Shown: positions 17,323 to 28,300 of the stretch, piece by piece | How the letters are laid out: the number at the start of each line of letters is the position of its first letter | Position numbering within the stretch: position 1 is the stretch's first letter | Assembly (NCBI GenBank): GCA_044229145.1 | Contig: JBGATO010000006.1 | Location: 23,872 to 87,871 of the forward strand | Length of the DNA stretch: 64,000 bases | Reading direction: 5' to 3' | Origin: Candidatus Eiseniibacteriota bacterium | GTDB taxonomy: Bacteria > Eisenbacteria > RBG-16-71-46 > CAZEPH01 | The notes under the pieces: generated by a model | Databases searched by the model: none | Seen by the model: only the letters and a program-made list of their open reading frames with translations | What the model was told of the DNA's origin: nothing | Translations under genes and position numbers: made by a program

Positions 17323-20076
17323 ATGACCCGACGCGTTCGCGCCGCCTTGTGCGCGTTCTTCGTGTTCTGTCTCGCCGGCGCCGCCCACGCCGCCACCATC
17401 ACCGGCACCGTGTCCGACAGCACCGGCGCTGCCCTCGACCAGGCGGTCGTGCGCATCCAAGGCACCCTGCTGCGGGGCGTCAGCGACGACCACGGCGCCT
17501 ACACCATCGCCAACGTCCCCGCCGGCACGCACGTCCTGCGCGCCATGCACGTCGGGCACAAGTCGGCGAACAAGGTGGTGACGGTCGCCGCCGGCGACAA
17601 GGCCACCGCTGACTTCGCGCTCAGCCGCGTGCCGTTCCAGGCGGCGCAGGTCGATGTCGTGGTCGGCTCGCGCGCCAATCACACCGCCGCCGAGGAGCTC
17701 GCGGTGCCGGTCGACATCTTCACCGCCGAGAAGATCGCCCAGCAAGGGTCGACCGAGACCGGTGCGATCTTGCAAGCGCTCTCGCCGTCGGTGAACTTCC
17801 CGCGCCAGAGCGTCACCGACGCCACTGATGTCGTGCGTCCGTTCACGCTGCGCGGCCTGTCGCCGGACCACACGCTGGTGCTAGTCGACGGCAATCGCCG
17901 CCACCAGACCGCGCTCGTCAACACGTTCGCCTACGGCACAAACGCCGGCTCGAGCGGCGTCGACCTCAACGCAATTCCGTCGAGCGCCATCGGCCAGCTC
18001 GAAGTGTTGCGCGACGGCGCCTCGGCGCAGTACGGCTCCGACGCCATCGCCGGCGTCGTCAACGTGGTGACGCGCAAGGGACGCTTCGCGCCGTTCGTGT
18101 CGGCCACCACCGGTCGTTATTTCACCAAGGACTACCCGGACGACGGCAACACATACAATGTGAACGGTGGCGTCGGGCTCGGCGTCGGCCGCGGCTCGCT
18201 CGGCCTGTTCGCCGAAGTGCTCGACCGCCAGCCGACCAACCGCGCGTGGGCCGACCCGTACGATGTCGGCTCGGTCGGCGTGCCGGACTCGATCGGCCCG
18301 GACGGCCAAGTCATCGAGAAGCGCAACAACGTCACGCAGCCCAACCAGCACTGGGGCGATGGCCTCGAGCGTGACGTGCTCACCTACGCCGACCTCCGCG
18401 TGCCGGTGACCGCGAGCGGCCTGACGCAGTTCTACGTGCACGGCGGCTACTCGTTCCGCCGCGGCGCTGGCCAGGGCTACAAGCGCTACACCGAATCCGA
18501 CCGGAACTGGACCGCGCTCTACCCCGAAGGCTATCTGCCCGAGTTCCACCCCGACGTCGTCGACTACAACGCCGCCACCGGCGTGTGGGGCGTGACGCGT
18601 GGTTGGAAGGTGGACGCCAGCGCGTCGCTCGGTCACAACGACTTCCAGTACAACTTGCGCAACACGATGAACGTGTCGCTCGGACCGTGCCTCGGCGCGC
18701 CGTGCGCACCCGGCGCCGACGGCGTGCTCGGCACCGACGACGACCCGAACATCCCGAATCAGACGTCGTTCTTCGCCGGCGCCGTGAAGCGCGACGAGAT
18801 CATCGGCTCGATCAACGCGTCGAAGGAACTCGAACTCGGCTTCCGCTCGCCGGTCAACGTCGCGTGGGGCGGCGCCTACCGCTACGAGAAGTACGGCGTC
18901 GAGGCGGGCGAACTCGCCTCGTACATCGACGGCGGGCACACCAACGTCAACGGCGACGACGCGCCGGGCGGCTCGCAGGTGTTCCCCGGCTTCTCACCGA
19001 GCGACGCCGTCGACGCGCACCGCTCCAACATCGGCCTCTACACCGACTGGGAAGCCGACCTCACGAGCGCGCTGCTCGCCAACGCCGCCGCGCGCTACGA
19101 GCACTACAGCGACTTCGGCGATCTGCTCACCGGCAAGTTCGCCGCGCGCGTGCAACCGTCGCGCCGCGTCACGCTGCGCGCCGCCGCGAGCACCGGCTTC
19201 CGCGCGCCGGGCCTCGGGCAGATCTACTGGGGCAAGGTGGTGACCAACGTGATCAGCGGCGAGCCGGAGGAGATCGGCGTGTTCCCGGTCAGTCACCCGG
19301 CCGCGCGCTTGCTCGGCGCCAAGGATCTGAAGGCCGAGAAGTCGGTGAACGTGAGCGCCGGCTTCGCGCTCACGCCGGTCGATGGCTTTACGCTGACCGC
19401 CGACTACTTCAACATCAAGCTGAACGACCGCATCATCCTCGGCGCGACGTTCGACGACGACGTGACGCGACAGATCCTCTCCGACGGCGGCTACGGGCAC
19501 ATCGCCGGCGTGCAGTACTTCACCAACGGTCTCGACACGCGCACCACCGGCCTCGACGTCACCGGCGTCGTCAACGCGATCTCGCACGGCGGCCGCACGC
19601 TGACCTTCACCGGCGCGGCGAACTACACGCACAACACGATCACGTCGGTGGACCCGCTGCCGACCGAACTCGCCGGCTCTTCCGAGCCCGGCTTGCTCGA
19701 CACCGTGACGCGCGTCGCCATCACCGAGGAGCGTCCCGACTGGCGTTTGTCGCTCACCACCGACTACGCCCACGGCGCCTACCACGCGATGGCGCGCGGC
19801 TCCTACTACGGCAAGTTCGCGTCGGCGCAGCCGGGCTACTGCGACGACTGCCGCGAGGAGTACGGAGCGAAGTCGCTGGTCGACACCGAGGTGGGATACA
19901 AGGTGGGCACCGCCGACATCTCGCTCGGCGCGCGCAATCTGCTCGACACGTATCCCGACAAGGCGCGTCTCGACTACAACAACAACTTCGCGACGTTCCC
20001 GTGGGCGGCGGCCTCGCCGTTCGGCTACAACGGGCGCTACGTCTATCTGAAGATGACGACGCCGTTGTCGAAGTAG
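17323..20076 (+). CDS. TonB-dependent receptor with N-terminal carboxypeptidase-regulatory-like domain
   Basis: Signal peptide; ITGTVSD; plug LRGL..DHTLVLVDG.R, LEVLRDGASAQYGSDAIAGVVN; STGFRAP; GARNLLD.YP. Confidence 0.93.
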   Translation: MTRRVRAALCAFFVFCLAGAAHAATITGTVSDSTGAALDQAVVRIQGTLLRGVSDDHGAYTIANVPAGTHVLRAMHVGHKSANKVVTVAAGDKATADFALSRVPFQAAQVDVVVGSRANHTAAEELAVPVDIFTAEKIAQQGSTETGAILQALSPSVNFPRQSVTDATDVVRPFTLRGLSPDHTLVLVDGNRRHQTALVNTFAYGTNAGSSGVDLNAIPSSAIGQLEVLRDGASAQYGSDAIAGVVNVVTRKGRFAPFVSATTGRYFTKDYPDDGNTYNVNGGVGLGVGRGSLGLFAEVLDRQPTNRAWADPYDVGSVGVPDSIGPDGQVIEKRNNVTQPNQHWGDGLERDVLTYADLRVPVTASGLTQFYVHGGYSFRRGAGQGYKRYTESDRNWTALYPEGYLPEFHPDVVDYNAATGVWGVTRGWKVDASASLGHNDFQYNLRNTMNVSLGPCLGAPCAPGADGVLGTDDDPNIPNQTSFFAGAVKRDEIIGSINASKELELGFRSPVNVAWGGAYRYEKYGVEAGELASYIDGGHTNVNGDDAPGGSQVFPGFSPSDAVDAHRSNIGLYTDWEADLTSALLANAAARYEHYSDFGDLLTGKFAARVQPSRRVTLRAAASTGFRAPGLGQIYWGKVVTNVISGEPEEIGVFPVSHPAARLLGAKDLKAEKSVNVSAGFALTPVDGFTLTADYFNIKLNDRIILGATFDDDVTRQILSDGGYGHIAGVQYFTNGLDTRTTGLDVTGVVNAISHGGRTLTFTGAANYTHNTITSVDPLPTELAGSSEPGLLDTVTRVAITEERPDWRLSLTTDYAHGAYHAMARGSYYGKFASAQPGYCDDCREEYGAKSLVDTEVGYKVGTADISLGARNLLDTYPDKARLDYNNNFATFPWAAASPFGYNGRYVYLKMTTPLSK

Positions 20077-20085
20077 GTCGCGGCG

Positions 20086-20131
20086 AAAAACGCGACGGCC
20101 GGCGAGAGTCTCAGCTCTCGCCGGCCGTTTT
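20086..20131. terminator. Bidirectional intrinsic terminator (TonB receptor / feoB)
   Basis: AAAAA tract, 14-bp stem ACGGCCGGCGAGAG/CTCTCGCCGGCCGT, then TTT. Confidence 0.8.
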
Positions 20132-20141
20132 GCGTGCGGCG

Positions 20142-22088
20142 CTAAGCACCGAGCGGCGCCAAGTGCGCCACGATCCCCGCGATCAGAACCGCGACGCCAA
20201 AGTTGAGCGCCGCCGACACACCGGCGGTCTTCCAACCGCCTTCCTTGGCGAGCGTCGTCAGCGTCGCCACGCACGGGATGTAGAACATCGTGAACAGCAC
20301 CAGCGACAGGATCTGCCCATGCGTCAACACGCTGCCCGGATCGACGACGCCGAGCGCCGCGCCGAGCATCAGCAGCGTGAGTTCCTTGCGCAGGATGCCG
20401 AGGAAGAGCGCGATGCCCACCGCCACCGGCAACTTGAGCACGCCGATGGTGAGCGGCGCGAACAGCATGTTGATCGGCTTGTCGACGCCGATGAAGCTGA
20501 GCGCCGACATCACGACGCTCGACACCAAGAGCACCGGCCACGCCACCGTCACGAACTCGCGCAGGCGATACCAGATCTTCTTCGACAGGATGCCCCAGTA
20601 GGGACGCCGCAGCGGCGGCACCTCCATGACGACGCCGAGCGCCGGCATCTTCTGCAGCTTCGACACGAACCAGCTCACCAGCATCGCGACGGCGACGCCG
20701 AGCAAGTACAACCCGGCGGCCCACCATGCGCCAAGATACTTCCCGGCGAGCGCAAGGATGACGACGCTGCGCGCCGAGCACGTCACGAACGGCAGCACCA
20801 GCATCGTCAGGTAACGGTCGCGGGCGTTCTCGAGATTGCGCGTCGCCATGATCGCCGGGACGTTGCAACCGAAGCCGAGAATCAGCGGCACCACCGACTT
20901 GCCGTGCAGCCCGACGCGGTGCAGCACGCCGTCCACCATGAACGCGATGCGCGGCAGCAGTCCGGTGTCTTCGTAAATCGACAGCAGGAGCAAGAGCGGC
21001 AGCAGATACGGCAGCACGATGCCGGCGCCGGCGACCACGCCGTCGACGAGCCCGCTCAGCATCGACGCGAGGATGCCGGGCGGCATCGCGTGCACGCGGT
21101 CCATGAGCGCGGTGGTCGGGCCGCTCATCAACGCCGCGATTTGATTGCCGAGGAAGATCGCGAGATAGAACGTCAGCACCAGCGAGCCGATCACGGTGAC
21201 GAAGCCGCCGACCGGATTGGTGATGATGCGGTCGATCCGTTCGCGCATGCCGATGTGCGCGCGGCGTTGGTGCGTGGCGACTTGTTCGTAGAGATCGAGC
21301 ACGAGGCCGTGGCGATGCGAGCCGAGCACGCCGGCTTCTGGCCAGCCGTGCATCTCGGCGAGCCGCTTGCGCTCGCCGCGCGCGTGCTGCAGAAACGCCG
21401 CGTCCACCGCGCCGACGCGCTTTTCGAACTCACCGTCCATTTCGAGGAGGCGCAGCGCGACGAAGCGTTCGTCGAGCGGCCACGCCTGCCGCAGGGCCTC
21501 GGGATACACCCGCAGGATCCGCGCGAGGCCATCCTCGATGTCGCGGTCGTAGTGCGGCGTCACCGGGTGATAGTCGGCGGCCTTCATGCGCAGCACTTCG
21601 CGGAACACATCGTCGATGCCGGTACCGCGCACCGCGACGCCGGGCAGGATCGGCACGCCGGTGAGTTCGCTCAGCTTCGGCAAGTCGATCGCGATGCCCT
21701 TGCGCTCCGCCTCGTCCATCATGTTGAGGCAGACCACCATCGGGATGCGCATTTCCATCAGCAACAGCGTGAGCTCGAGCGAGCGCGAAAGCAGGGATGC
21801 ATCGGCGACGTTCAGCACGACATCGACTTCGCCGGACAGCAGGAAGTCGCGCGCGACGCGTTCGGCGGGATCGTGCGAGGAAATGGAGTAGGTGCCGGGA
21901 AGGTCGACGAGGCGGATCATCCGGCCTTCGAAGCGCACCACGGTTTCGGCATAGGTCACGCTGGTGCCGGCGAAGTTGCCGGTGTTGACCTTGAAGCCGG
22001 CCGCCGCGTTGAATACCGTCGACTTGCCGCAGTTGGGCTGGCCGACCAGGGCGACGACGAGTTCGTCCGGACTACGTCTGACTGCCAC
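20142..22088 (-). CDS. feoB: Ferrous iron transporter FeoB
   Basis: GQPNCGKS, DLPG, NMMD, GFGCNVPA, CSAR, YIPC. Confidence 0.95.
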   Translation of the reverse strand: MAVRRSPDELVVALVGQPNCGKSTVFNAAAGFKVNTGNFAGTSVTYAETVVRFEGRMIRLVDLPGTYSISSHDPAERVARDFLLSGEVDVVLNVADASLLSRSLELTLLLMEMRIPMVVCLNMMDEAERKGIAIDLPKLSELTGVPILPGVAVRGTGIDDVFREVLRMKAADYHPVTPHYDRDIEDGLARILRVYPEALRQAWPLDERFVALRLLEMDGEFEKRVGAVDAAFLQHARGERKRLAEMHGWPEAGVLGSHRHGLVLDLYEQVATHQRRAHIGMRERIDRIITNPVGGFVTVIGSLVLTFYLAIFLGNQIAALMSGPTTALMDRVHAMPPGILASMLSGLVDGVVAGAGIVLPYLLPLLLLLSIYEDTGLLPRIAFMVDGVLHRVGLHGKSVVPLILGFGCNVPAIMATRNLENARDRYLTMLVLPFVTCSARSVVILALAGKYLGAWWAAGLYLLGVAVAMLVSWFVSKLQKMPALGVVMEVPPLRRPYWGILSKKIWYRLREFVTVAWPVLLVSSVVMSALSFIGVDKPINMLFAPLTIGVLKLPVAVGIALFLGILRKELTLLMLGAALGVVDPGSVLTHGQILSLVLFTMFYIPCVATLTTLAKEGGWKTAGVSAALNFGVAVLIAGIVAHLAPLGA

Positions 22089-22311
22089 GCTCCACCTCGA
22101 TCGCTTGGGCCATGTCGCGCGCGATCATGATGCGCACCCCACTAGCCGGGTCCTCCACCAGGAGCGGGCCGGAGAAGGGTGCGGCACGCAGGAAACGTAC
22201 GCGGCGCCCGGCGAAGAATCCCAGGGCTTCGATCCGGCGGGTGAGCGCGGGATCGCCATGCACGGCGCGGATGTCGGCGGTTTGGCCTTCAGAGAGATCG
22301 AGCAGGGTCAT
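22072..22311 (-). CDS. feoA: FeoA-family protein
   Basis: MTLLDLSEGQ...RRIEALGF..G...APFSGP; overlaps feoB start. Confidence 0.88.
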   Translation of the reverse strand: MTLLDLSEGQTADIRAVHGDPALTRRIEALGFFAGRRVRFLRAAPFSGPLLVEDPASGVRIMIARDMAQAIEVERGSQT

Positions 22312-22385
22312 CGCTGGCTCTCGGTGCGTGTGACGTCGGACATCCACGGAGACTGCCACAGGGCAGCGCCTCGTTCAATCTGAAG

Positions 22386-22399
22386 ATAGGTCCACCTAA
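22386..22399. promoter_or_regulatory. Putative DtxR/MntR-family metal operator upstream of feoAB
   Basis: TTAGGTGGACCTAT (minus strand), a near-palindrome like TTAGGT-NN-ACCTAA, overlapping a TATCTT -10-like hexamer. Confidence 0.55.
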
Positions 22400-22446
22400 G
22401 TCGAATCGGCCACCGGAATCGCCAACTTGAGAGGTCCAACTTTGGA

Positions 22447-22476
22447 TTGACTAACATACCAACCGGTTGGTATTGT
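22447..22476 (+). promoter_or_regulatory. TetR promoter with palindromic operator
   Basis: TTGACT-N18-TATTGT (TGn extended -10); perfect palindrome ATACCAACCGGTTGGTAT at 22456-22473. Confidence 0.8.
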
Positions 22477-22482
22477 GCTCAC

Positions 22483-23103
22483 ATGCTCGACACCGCGCCC
22501 GACACCCGCACACGCTTGCTCGACGCCGCGATCCAGCTGGTCCGTGAAAAGGGCTATGCCGCAACCAGCGTGGACAACCTGTGCGCGGCGGCGGGCGTCA
22601 CCAAAGGCGCGTTCTTCCACCACTTTGCAAGCAAGGAAGCACTCGCCGTCGCCGCCGTCGATCGTTGGCTGGAGCGGACCGGGAGCTTCTTCGCCGACGC
22701 CGACTACCGCCGCCTGACCGATCCGCTCGACCGCGTGCTCGCCTACGTCCGTCTGCGCCGCGACATGGTGCGCGGCGATTTCCCCGAATTCACCTGTTTC
22801 GCCGGAACACTGGTGCAGGAGACGTTCGGCAGTCACGACGCGATCCGCGAGGCATGTGGCACCAGCATCACGTCGCACGCCGCCACGCTGGTCGCCGACA
22901 TCGAGACGGCACGGCAGCTCTACGTCCCCGCGGCCACCTGGAGCGCCGCATCGCTCGCACTGCATACCCAAGCCGTGATCCAAGGCGCGTTCGTGGTGGC
23001 GAAGGCCACGCACGATCCGCAGCGCGCCGTGGAAAGCATCGAGCATCTCGAACGCTACATTCGCCTGTTGTTCGACCGCCCCCCGACACGAGAGGAGACC
23101 TGA
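22483..23103 (+). CDS. TetR/AcrR-family regulator (NemR/ComR-like)
   Basis: GYAATSVDNLCAAAGVTKGAFFHHFASKE; probably leaderless ATG at 22483. Confidence 0.92.
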   Translation: MLDTAPDTRTRLLDAAIQLVREKGYAATSVDNLCAAAGVTKGAFFHHFASKEALAVAAVDRWLERTGSFFADADYRRLTDPLDRVLAYVRLRRDMVRGDFPEFTCFAGTLVQETFGSHDAIREACGTSITSHAATLVADIETARQLYVPAATWSAASLALHTQAVIQGAFVVAKATHDPQRAVESIEHLERYIRLLFDRPPTREET

Positions 23104-23104
23104 C

Positions 23105-23881
23105 GTGCCGCTCACCAGACCGTATTCGTTCTTGTGGTATGAACTGATGGCGCCGGACATCCCCGCCGCGCTCGATTTCTACGCGAAGATCTTCGGCTGG
23201 ACCTACGCCGACGCCGGAATGCCGGATATGGGCTACACGCTCATCCAGGTGCAAGGCGAAGCCATCGGCGGAGCCATGACGCTGACCGACGAGATGGCGG
23301 CCGGCGGTGCGCGCACCGGCTGGATGGGCTACATCGCCGTCGACGACATCGACGCCAAGACGAAGGAAATCGTCGCGGCGGGCGGTGCGATCTTCGTGCC
23401 GATCGTCGAGATCCCGGAGATGCTGCGCTTCGCCATCGTCGGCGACCCGGGCGGCGCCGCGTTCGCGCTGTTCCAGCCGCTCGGCGAAGGTGACATGACG
23501 CCGTTCCCGCCGGCCACTCCGGGCGCGGTGGACTGGCACGAATTGCACGCCGCCGACGGTGCCTCCGCGTGGGCGTTCTACTCCTCGCTGTTCGGCTGGG
23601 AGAAGGACGAGGCGATGGAAATGGCGCCCGGTGAGGTCTACCAACTCTGGAAGGCCGGCGGCGACCCGATCGGCGGCATGATGACCAAGATGCCGGAGAC
23701 GCCGGCGCCGTTCTGGGCCTACTACGTGTGCGTCGACGGCATCGACGCGGCGATCGCCCGCGTCACGGCCAATGGTGGCACCATCATCCACGGCCCGATG
23801 GAAGTGCCGGGCGGCAGCTGGATCGCCAACTGCATCGACCCGCAGGGCGGCTTCTTCGCGATGGTGTCGCAGACCAAGTAG
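23105..23881 (+). CDS. VOC/glyoxalase-family protein (two domains)
   Basis: WYEL...FYAKIFGW and WHEL...FYSSLFGW; DPGG/DPQG. Confidence 0.9.
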   Translation: MPLTRPYSFLWYELMAPDIPAALDFYAKIFGWTYADAGMPDMGYTLIQVQGEAIGGAMTLTDEMAAGGARTGWMGYIAVDDIDAKTKEIVAAGGAIFVPIVEIPEMLRFAIVGDPGGAAFALFQPLGEGDMTPFPPATPGAVDWHELHAADGASAWAFYSSLFGWEKDEAMEMAPGEVYQLWKAGGDPIGGMMTKMPETPAPFWAYYVCVDGIDAAIARVTANGGTIIHGPMEVPGGSWIANCIDPQGGFFAMVSQTK

Positions 23882-23911
23882 CGTCTCACCGCGAGCCTGA
23901 TGGCGCCCCGG

Positions 23912-25021
23912 TCACCGCGCGGTGGCCGGGGCGTTCGCGTCGCGCCACGCACAGCCCACCGCCGCGCCGCGCACGTACATGTCGAAGAGAACCCGGCGCA
24001 CCGCCGACGTACCGCACAGCGTGTCGCGAAAGCGCGTGAGGTCCACGGTGCGACGGAAACCGGCGAGCGAATCGCCGCGGGCCGCCGCGGTGCGCGCCTG
24101 CGCCGCAATCGACTCGCACATCGACGCCAGCGTCGCCGCATATGTCGTGTCGCGCATCACCGGGCCGTGGCCGGGCACCACGATGGCGGGATGCATCGCC
24201 AGCACACGCCGCAACGCCGGCCCCCACGTGTCGACGTGCGACTGCGGTTCGCCGATCAGCGGAACCGGCCACGCGACGAGATCGCCGGTGGCGACGATGC
24301 CATCGTCCGGTAATTCGACGACGAGGTCGCCCGCCGTGTGACCGGCGCCGACTGCGCGCACGATGATGCGACGCGAGCCGCGATACAGCGTCAGAGAATC
24401 GGCGATCGTGAGCGTCGGCAACACGGTCGGCGACTGCAGGGAATCGCGCAGAACGACGTCGACCAGCCCGAGGTCGCTTTCGTAGCTGGCGCGCGTGTCG
24501 GCAGTCAACGAATCGCCGGCGAGATCGCGGCCCTTCGCCATTTCCTCGCGAATATAGGCGGCGAACCCCGGTGCCTCGGCGACGAAGTTGCGGCGATTCG
24601 CCTCGCCCTGCGCGGCCATGTAGGGCCGCATCGCCGCGGAGGCGATGAACTCGACGCCGGGATACGCCGCCGCGTACACACTGTTGCCGCGGATGTGATC
24701 GTCGTGCCAATGCGTGTTGACGACGTAGCGCACCGGCAACGGCGTGATCTTCCGGAGCGCCTTCACTACCTCGCGCGTGATCGTCGGCGCACCGTTGCTA
24801 TCGACGACGATGACGTCGTGCTCGCCGACGATGAACAGGTTGTTGGCGTCGACCATCATCCCTGGCACGTCGTCGCGCACGACGGCGTACACGCCGTTGG
24901 CGAGCCGTTCGACATGAAAGCGGGTGGCGGGGTCGGTGGCGGATGCGCCCACCGCGCCCGCGGCGCGAATGCCCAGCGACAACGAGACGAAGACCCAGCA
25001 CACGAACAGGCGACACGACAT
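23912..25021 (-). CDS. Secreted MBL-fold metallo-hydrolase
   Basis: NTHWHDDH, GHTAGD, TGD, VPGHG; signal peptide from ATG 25021. Confidence 0.88.
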   Translation of the reverse strand: MSCRLFVCWVFVSLSLGIRAAGAVGASATDPATRFHVERLANGVYAVVRDDVPGMMVDANNLFIVGEHDVIVVDSNGAPTITREVVKALRKITPLPVRYVVNTHWHDDHIRGNSVYAAAYPGVEFIASAAMRPYMAAQGEANRRNFVAEAPGFAAYIREEMAKGRDLAGDSLTADTRASYESDLGLVDVVLRDSLQSPTVLPTLTIADSLTLYRGSRRIIVRAVGAGHTAGDLVVELPDDGIVATGDLVAWPVPLIGEPQSHVDTWGPALRRVLAMHPAIVVPGHGPVMRDTTYAATLASMCESIAAQARTAAARGDSLAGFRRTVDLTRFRDTLCGTSAVRRVLFDMYVRGAAVGCAWRDANAPATAR

Positions 25022-25381
25022 GGGAGAGACCTTTCGATCCGGCGCCGGGCGGCGCGGACTTGCCTGCGGGGGGACGACGGACCACCAGTGTCGCATGCGG
25101 CCCTGCACCCGTCAGCGGCAAACCGCGCACACCGGGCAAATCCGCACCTACCTCCGTCGGCGATCGTGCGATACACTCGCGCCTTCCCGCGGTCCGCGAT
25201 CGGACGGCGGCGCGACCCAGACGGACGCCTCTCACACCTGGGTCGAATCCTCGATTGCCGGCATCCGTCACCACCCCGCCGGCCACTCCGCATGAACACG
25301 TCGCCCTGCTCTGTGCGTGCGCTTTCACGGCATCTCCGCGCCGTCACGCACATCGACCCTGTTTCCCGAGGAGATTGCCTG

Positions 25382-28300
25382 ATGCGCCGCGCTCACGCTG
25401 TCGCCATCGCAGTGCTGTTGTTCTGGCCGCTCGCCGCGAGCCGGGTGGCGGCAGCCACCGCGTTCGTCTCGGAAACCGTGGACAGCAACGGATCGACGGG
25501 CAACTGCGCCTCGCTCGCCGTCGACGCCGCGGAGAATCCCCACATCGCGTACACGGATTACAGTTCCGCGTTCTACGCCAGCAAGATCGGCGGCGCATGG
25601 GCGGTCGAGGTGGTGGATGCGGCCGGCTCCACAGGTCAGTTCACGGCGCTGGCACTCGACGCACAGGATCGGCCGCACATCGCCTACCAGGAAATCTCCG
25701 CCGCCGACGTGAAATACGCCACCAAAACAGGCTCCACCTGGGTCATCGAAACTGTCGATGCCACAGGATCGACCGGGCTGTACATCTCGCTCGCCGTCGA
25801 TGCATCCGGCAATCCGCGCATCAGTTACCAGACGCAGTCTGGCAATGACCTCCGCTATGCCGCCAAGAACGGCGGCGCGTGGACGCTCGAAACCGTCGAC
25901 GCGACCGGCACGACAGGGCTGTACACGTCACTCGCGCTCGACGCCGCGGGCAATCCGCGCATCAGCTATCACGACTTCACCAACGGCGACCTCCGCTACG
26001 CCGCCAAGAACGGCGGTGTGTGGACGCTCGAAACCGTAGACGCGGCCGCGCGCACCGGCTTGCACACGTCGCTGGCGCTCGATGCGTCGGGCAACCCGCA
26101 CATTAGTTACCAGGACTCGACCAGCGGCGACTTGAAGTACGCGCGCAAGAGCGGCGGCGTGTGGACGATCGAAACCGTCGACGCCATCGGGGTGACCGGC
26201 CAGTACACCTCGATCGCCGTCGATGCCGACGGCAATCCGCGCATCGCCTACTATGACGTGACCAACGCCGACCTGCGGTACGCACGCAAGGTGAGCGGCG
26301 TGTGGTTGCTCGAGACTGTCGATGCCACGGGCAGCACGGGTTCGTGGACTTCGCTCGACCTCGATCGCGCGGGCAGCCCGCGCATCGCCTATCGCGACGG
26401 CGGCAATGGCGACCTCCGCTTTGCCGACGCCGCATTTCGCGTTTCGTCGCCGGTCGGTGGCGAGCGCTGGGGTGTGGGCACGCAACAGCCGGTGACGTGG
26501 GTCGGGAGCGGCACCGTCGCAGTGCAACTGTCGCTCGACGGCGGCGCAAGTTACGCCACACTTCTCCCGGCGGTCTCGGCGAACACGGTCACACTCACGG
26601 TGCCGAACGCCTCGTCGGCAACCGCGCGCATCCGCATTACCCGCACCTCGCCGTCCTCGACGGCGGACAGTCCCGGCTTCTTTGCGATCGCGCCGGACCT
26701 CGTCTCGCCGTGGTGGACGAAGCCGGTGATCGCCGTCGGCACGACAGGACTTTCTCCCTCCCTCGCGCTCGACGCGCTCGACGGCGCCCGCCTCGCCTAC
26801 GATGACGGCAGCGACCTGCGGTACGCGACGAAGACCGGCGGGAGCGCGTGGACGACGGAACTCGTCGACGCCACCAATCACGCGGGCGGCTACGCATCGT
26901 TGGCGCTCGACAGCCAGGGCAATCCGCGCATCAGCTATTACGACTTCACCGCCGGCGACTTGAAATACGCCAGCCGCACCGCCGGCGTGTGGGCCACCGA
27001 GACGGTGCACGCGACGAATACCGTGGGCCAATACTGTTCGCTGGCCCTCGATGCATCCGGCAACCCGCGCATCAGCTACTACGACGCGACAGGAGGCGAC
27101 CTCCGCTACGCGAGCAAGTCAGGTGCGCTGTGGGCGCTCGAGGTCGTCGACGCCTCGGCGTTGTCGTCGACGGGTCTGTATACCTCGCTCGCTCTCGATG
27201 CATCCGGCAATCCGCGCATCAGCTACTACGACGCGACCGGCGGCAATCTGCGCTACGCCGCCAAGGACAATGGCGCGTGGACGCTCGAAACCGTGGACGG
27301 CGCGGGAACCACGGGCCAATACACTTCGCTCGCACTCGACGCGTCCGGCGCTCCCCACATCGCCTACTACGATGCGACGGTCGGCGATCTGCGCTATGCC
27401 AGCAAGAGTGGCGGCACGTGGACGCTCGAATCCGTCGACACGACGGGGACCACGGGGATGTCCGCATCGCTCGCGCTGGACGCGCAGGGCAATCCCCACA
27501 TCGCCTACGCGTCATCGACGGCGCTGCGTGTGGCACACAAGGAGTCGGGGCAGTGGACACTCGAGACGGTCGAGGCGTTAGCGTCCGGCGCAACCAGCGC
27601 GGCGGTGTCCCTCTATCTCGATACGTACGGCAACGCGCGCCTCGTGTACGCCGACGACAATGACAGCGACTTGCGCTACGCCTCGACCGCCGTCGAATTT
27701 GCAATGCCGGTGGCCGCCGAGGTCTGGCCGGTTGGCGCGTCGCGCGGCATCGCCTGGGATGGCACCGGACGCGTGGACCTCTCGCTGTCCGTGGACGGCG
27801 GCAGTTCGTGGACGCCCGTTGCGAGCGGCGTGGCGGGAGGGCTTTACCGCGAATTGGTGCCGCACGCGCCCACCAAGTTCGCACAGTACCGCGTCGAGCG
27901 GGCGGTACCGCGATCGGTGGCGAGGTCCGGCGTGTTCACCATTCAGTCCTCGATTGCGCTCCTCGCCCTCGCCGCTGTGCCGGGCACCGACGGGAGCGCG
28001 ACAGTCTCGTGGGCCAGCGACCCCGGACCGGCGGATCTCGCCGGGTACCAGCTCGAACGCCGCGACACGCCCACCGGAGAGTTCCGGACGCTCGTCGCAC
28101 TCACGCAGGCGACGAGCTATCGCGATGTCGCCGCTCCCGCGGGCGCCCGCTACCGGCTGCACGCAGTGAACGGCCTCGGAGAAGTACACCTACTCGGCGA
28201 CGCGACGCTGGCGCCGGCACGTCCGCTGGCGGCGTGGCCGCAACCGGCACGCGGCGGCGAGATCACGGTTGCATTCGCCGTGGAGCGTCGGGGTGAAACG

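Noticed and set aside
18585..22130. 1181-aa plus-strand ORF, and similar long ORFs such as 29507-32887, 40135-42525, 1395-3386 and 8285-10315
   Set aside because: Shadow frames of real genes in GC-rich DNA; Arg/Ala/Gly-rich with no recognisable motifs
25110..25150. Twice-repeated GGCAAA resembling a c-di-GMP-I riboswitch
   Set aside because: The rest of the consensus (GNRA-capped P2, GACGCAAAG-like segment) is missing, and the site lies upstream of the likely -10 box
24338..25381. N-terminal 348 aa of the 1384-aa ORF, and similar upstream extensions on other ORF-track entries
   Set aside because: Overlaps the opposite-strand MBL gene; RBS and signal peptide place the real start at 25382
25450..27690. 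Regularly spaced DNA repeats resembling a CRISPR or other array
   Set aside because: The period is about 141 nt, in frame and degenerate at third positions, so these are protein repeats; no cas genes
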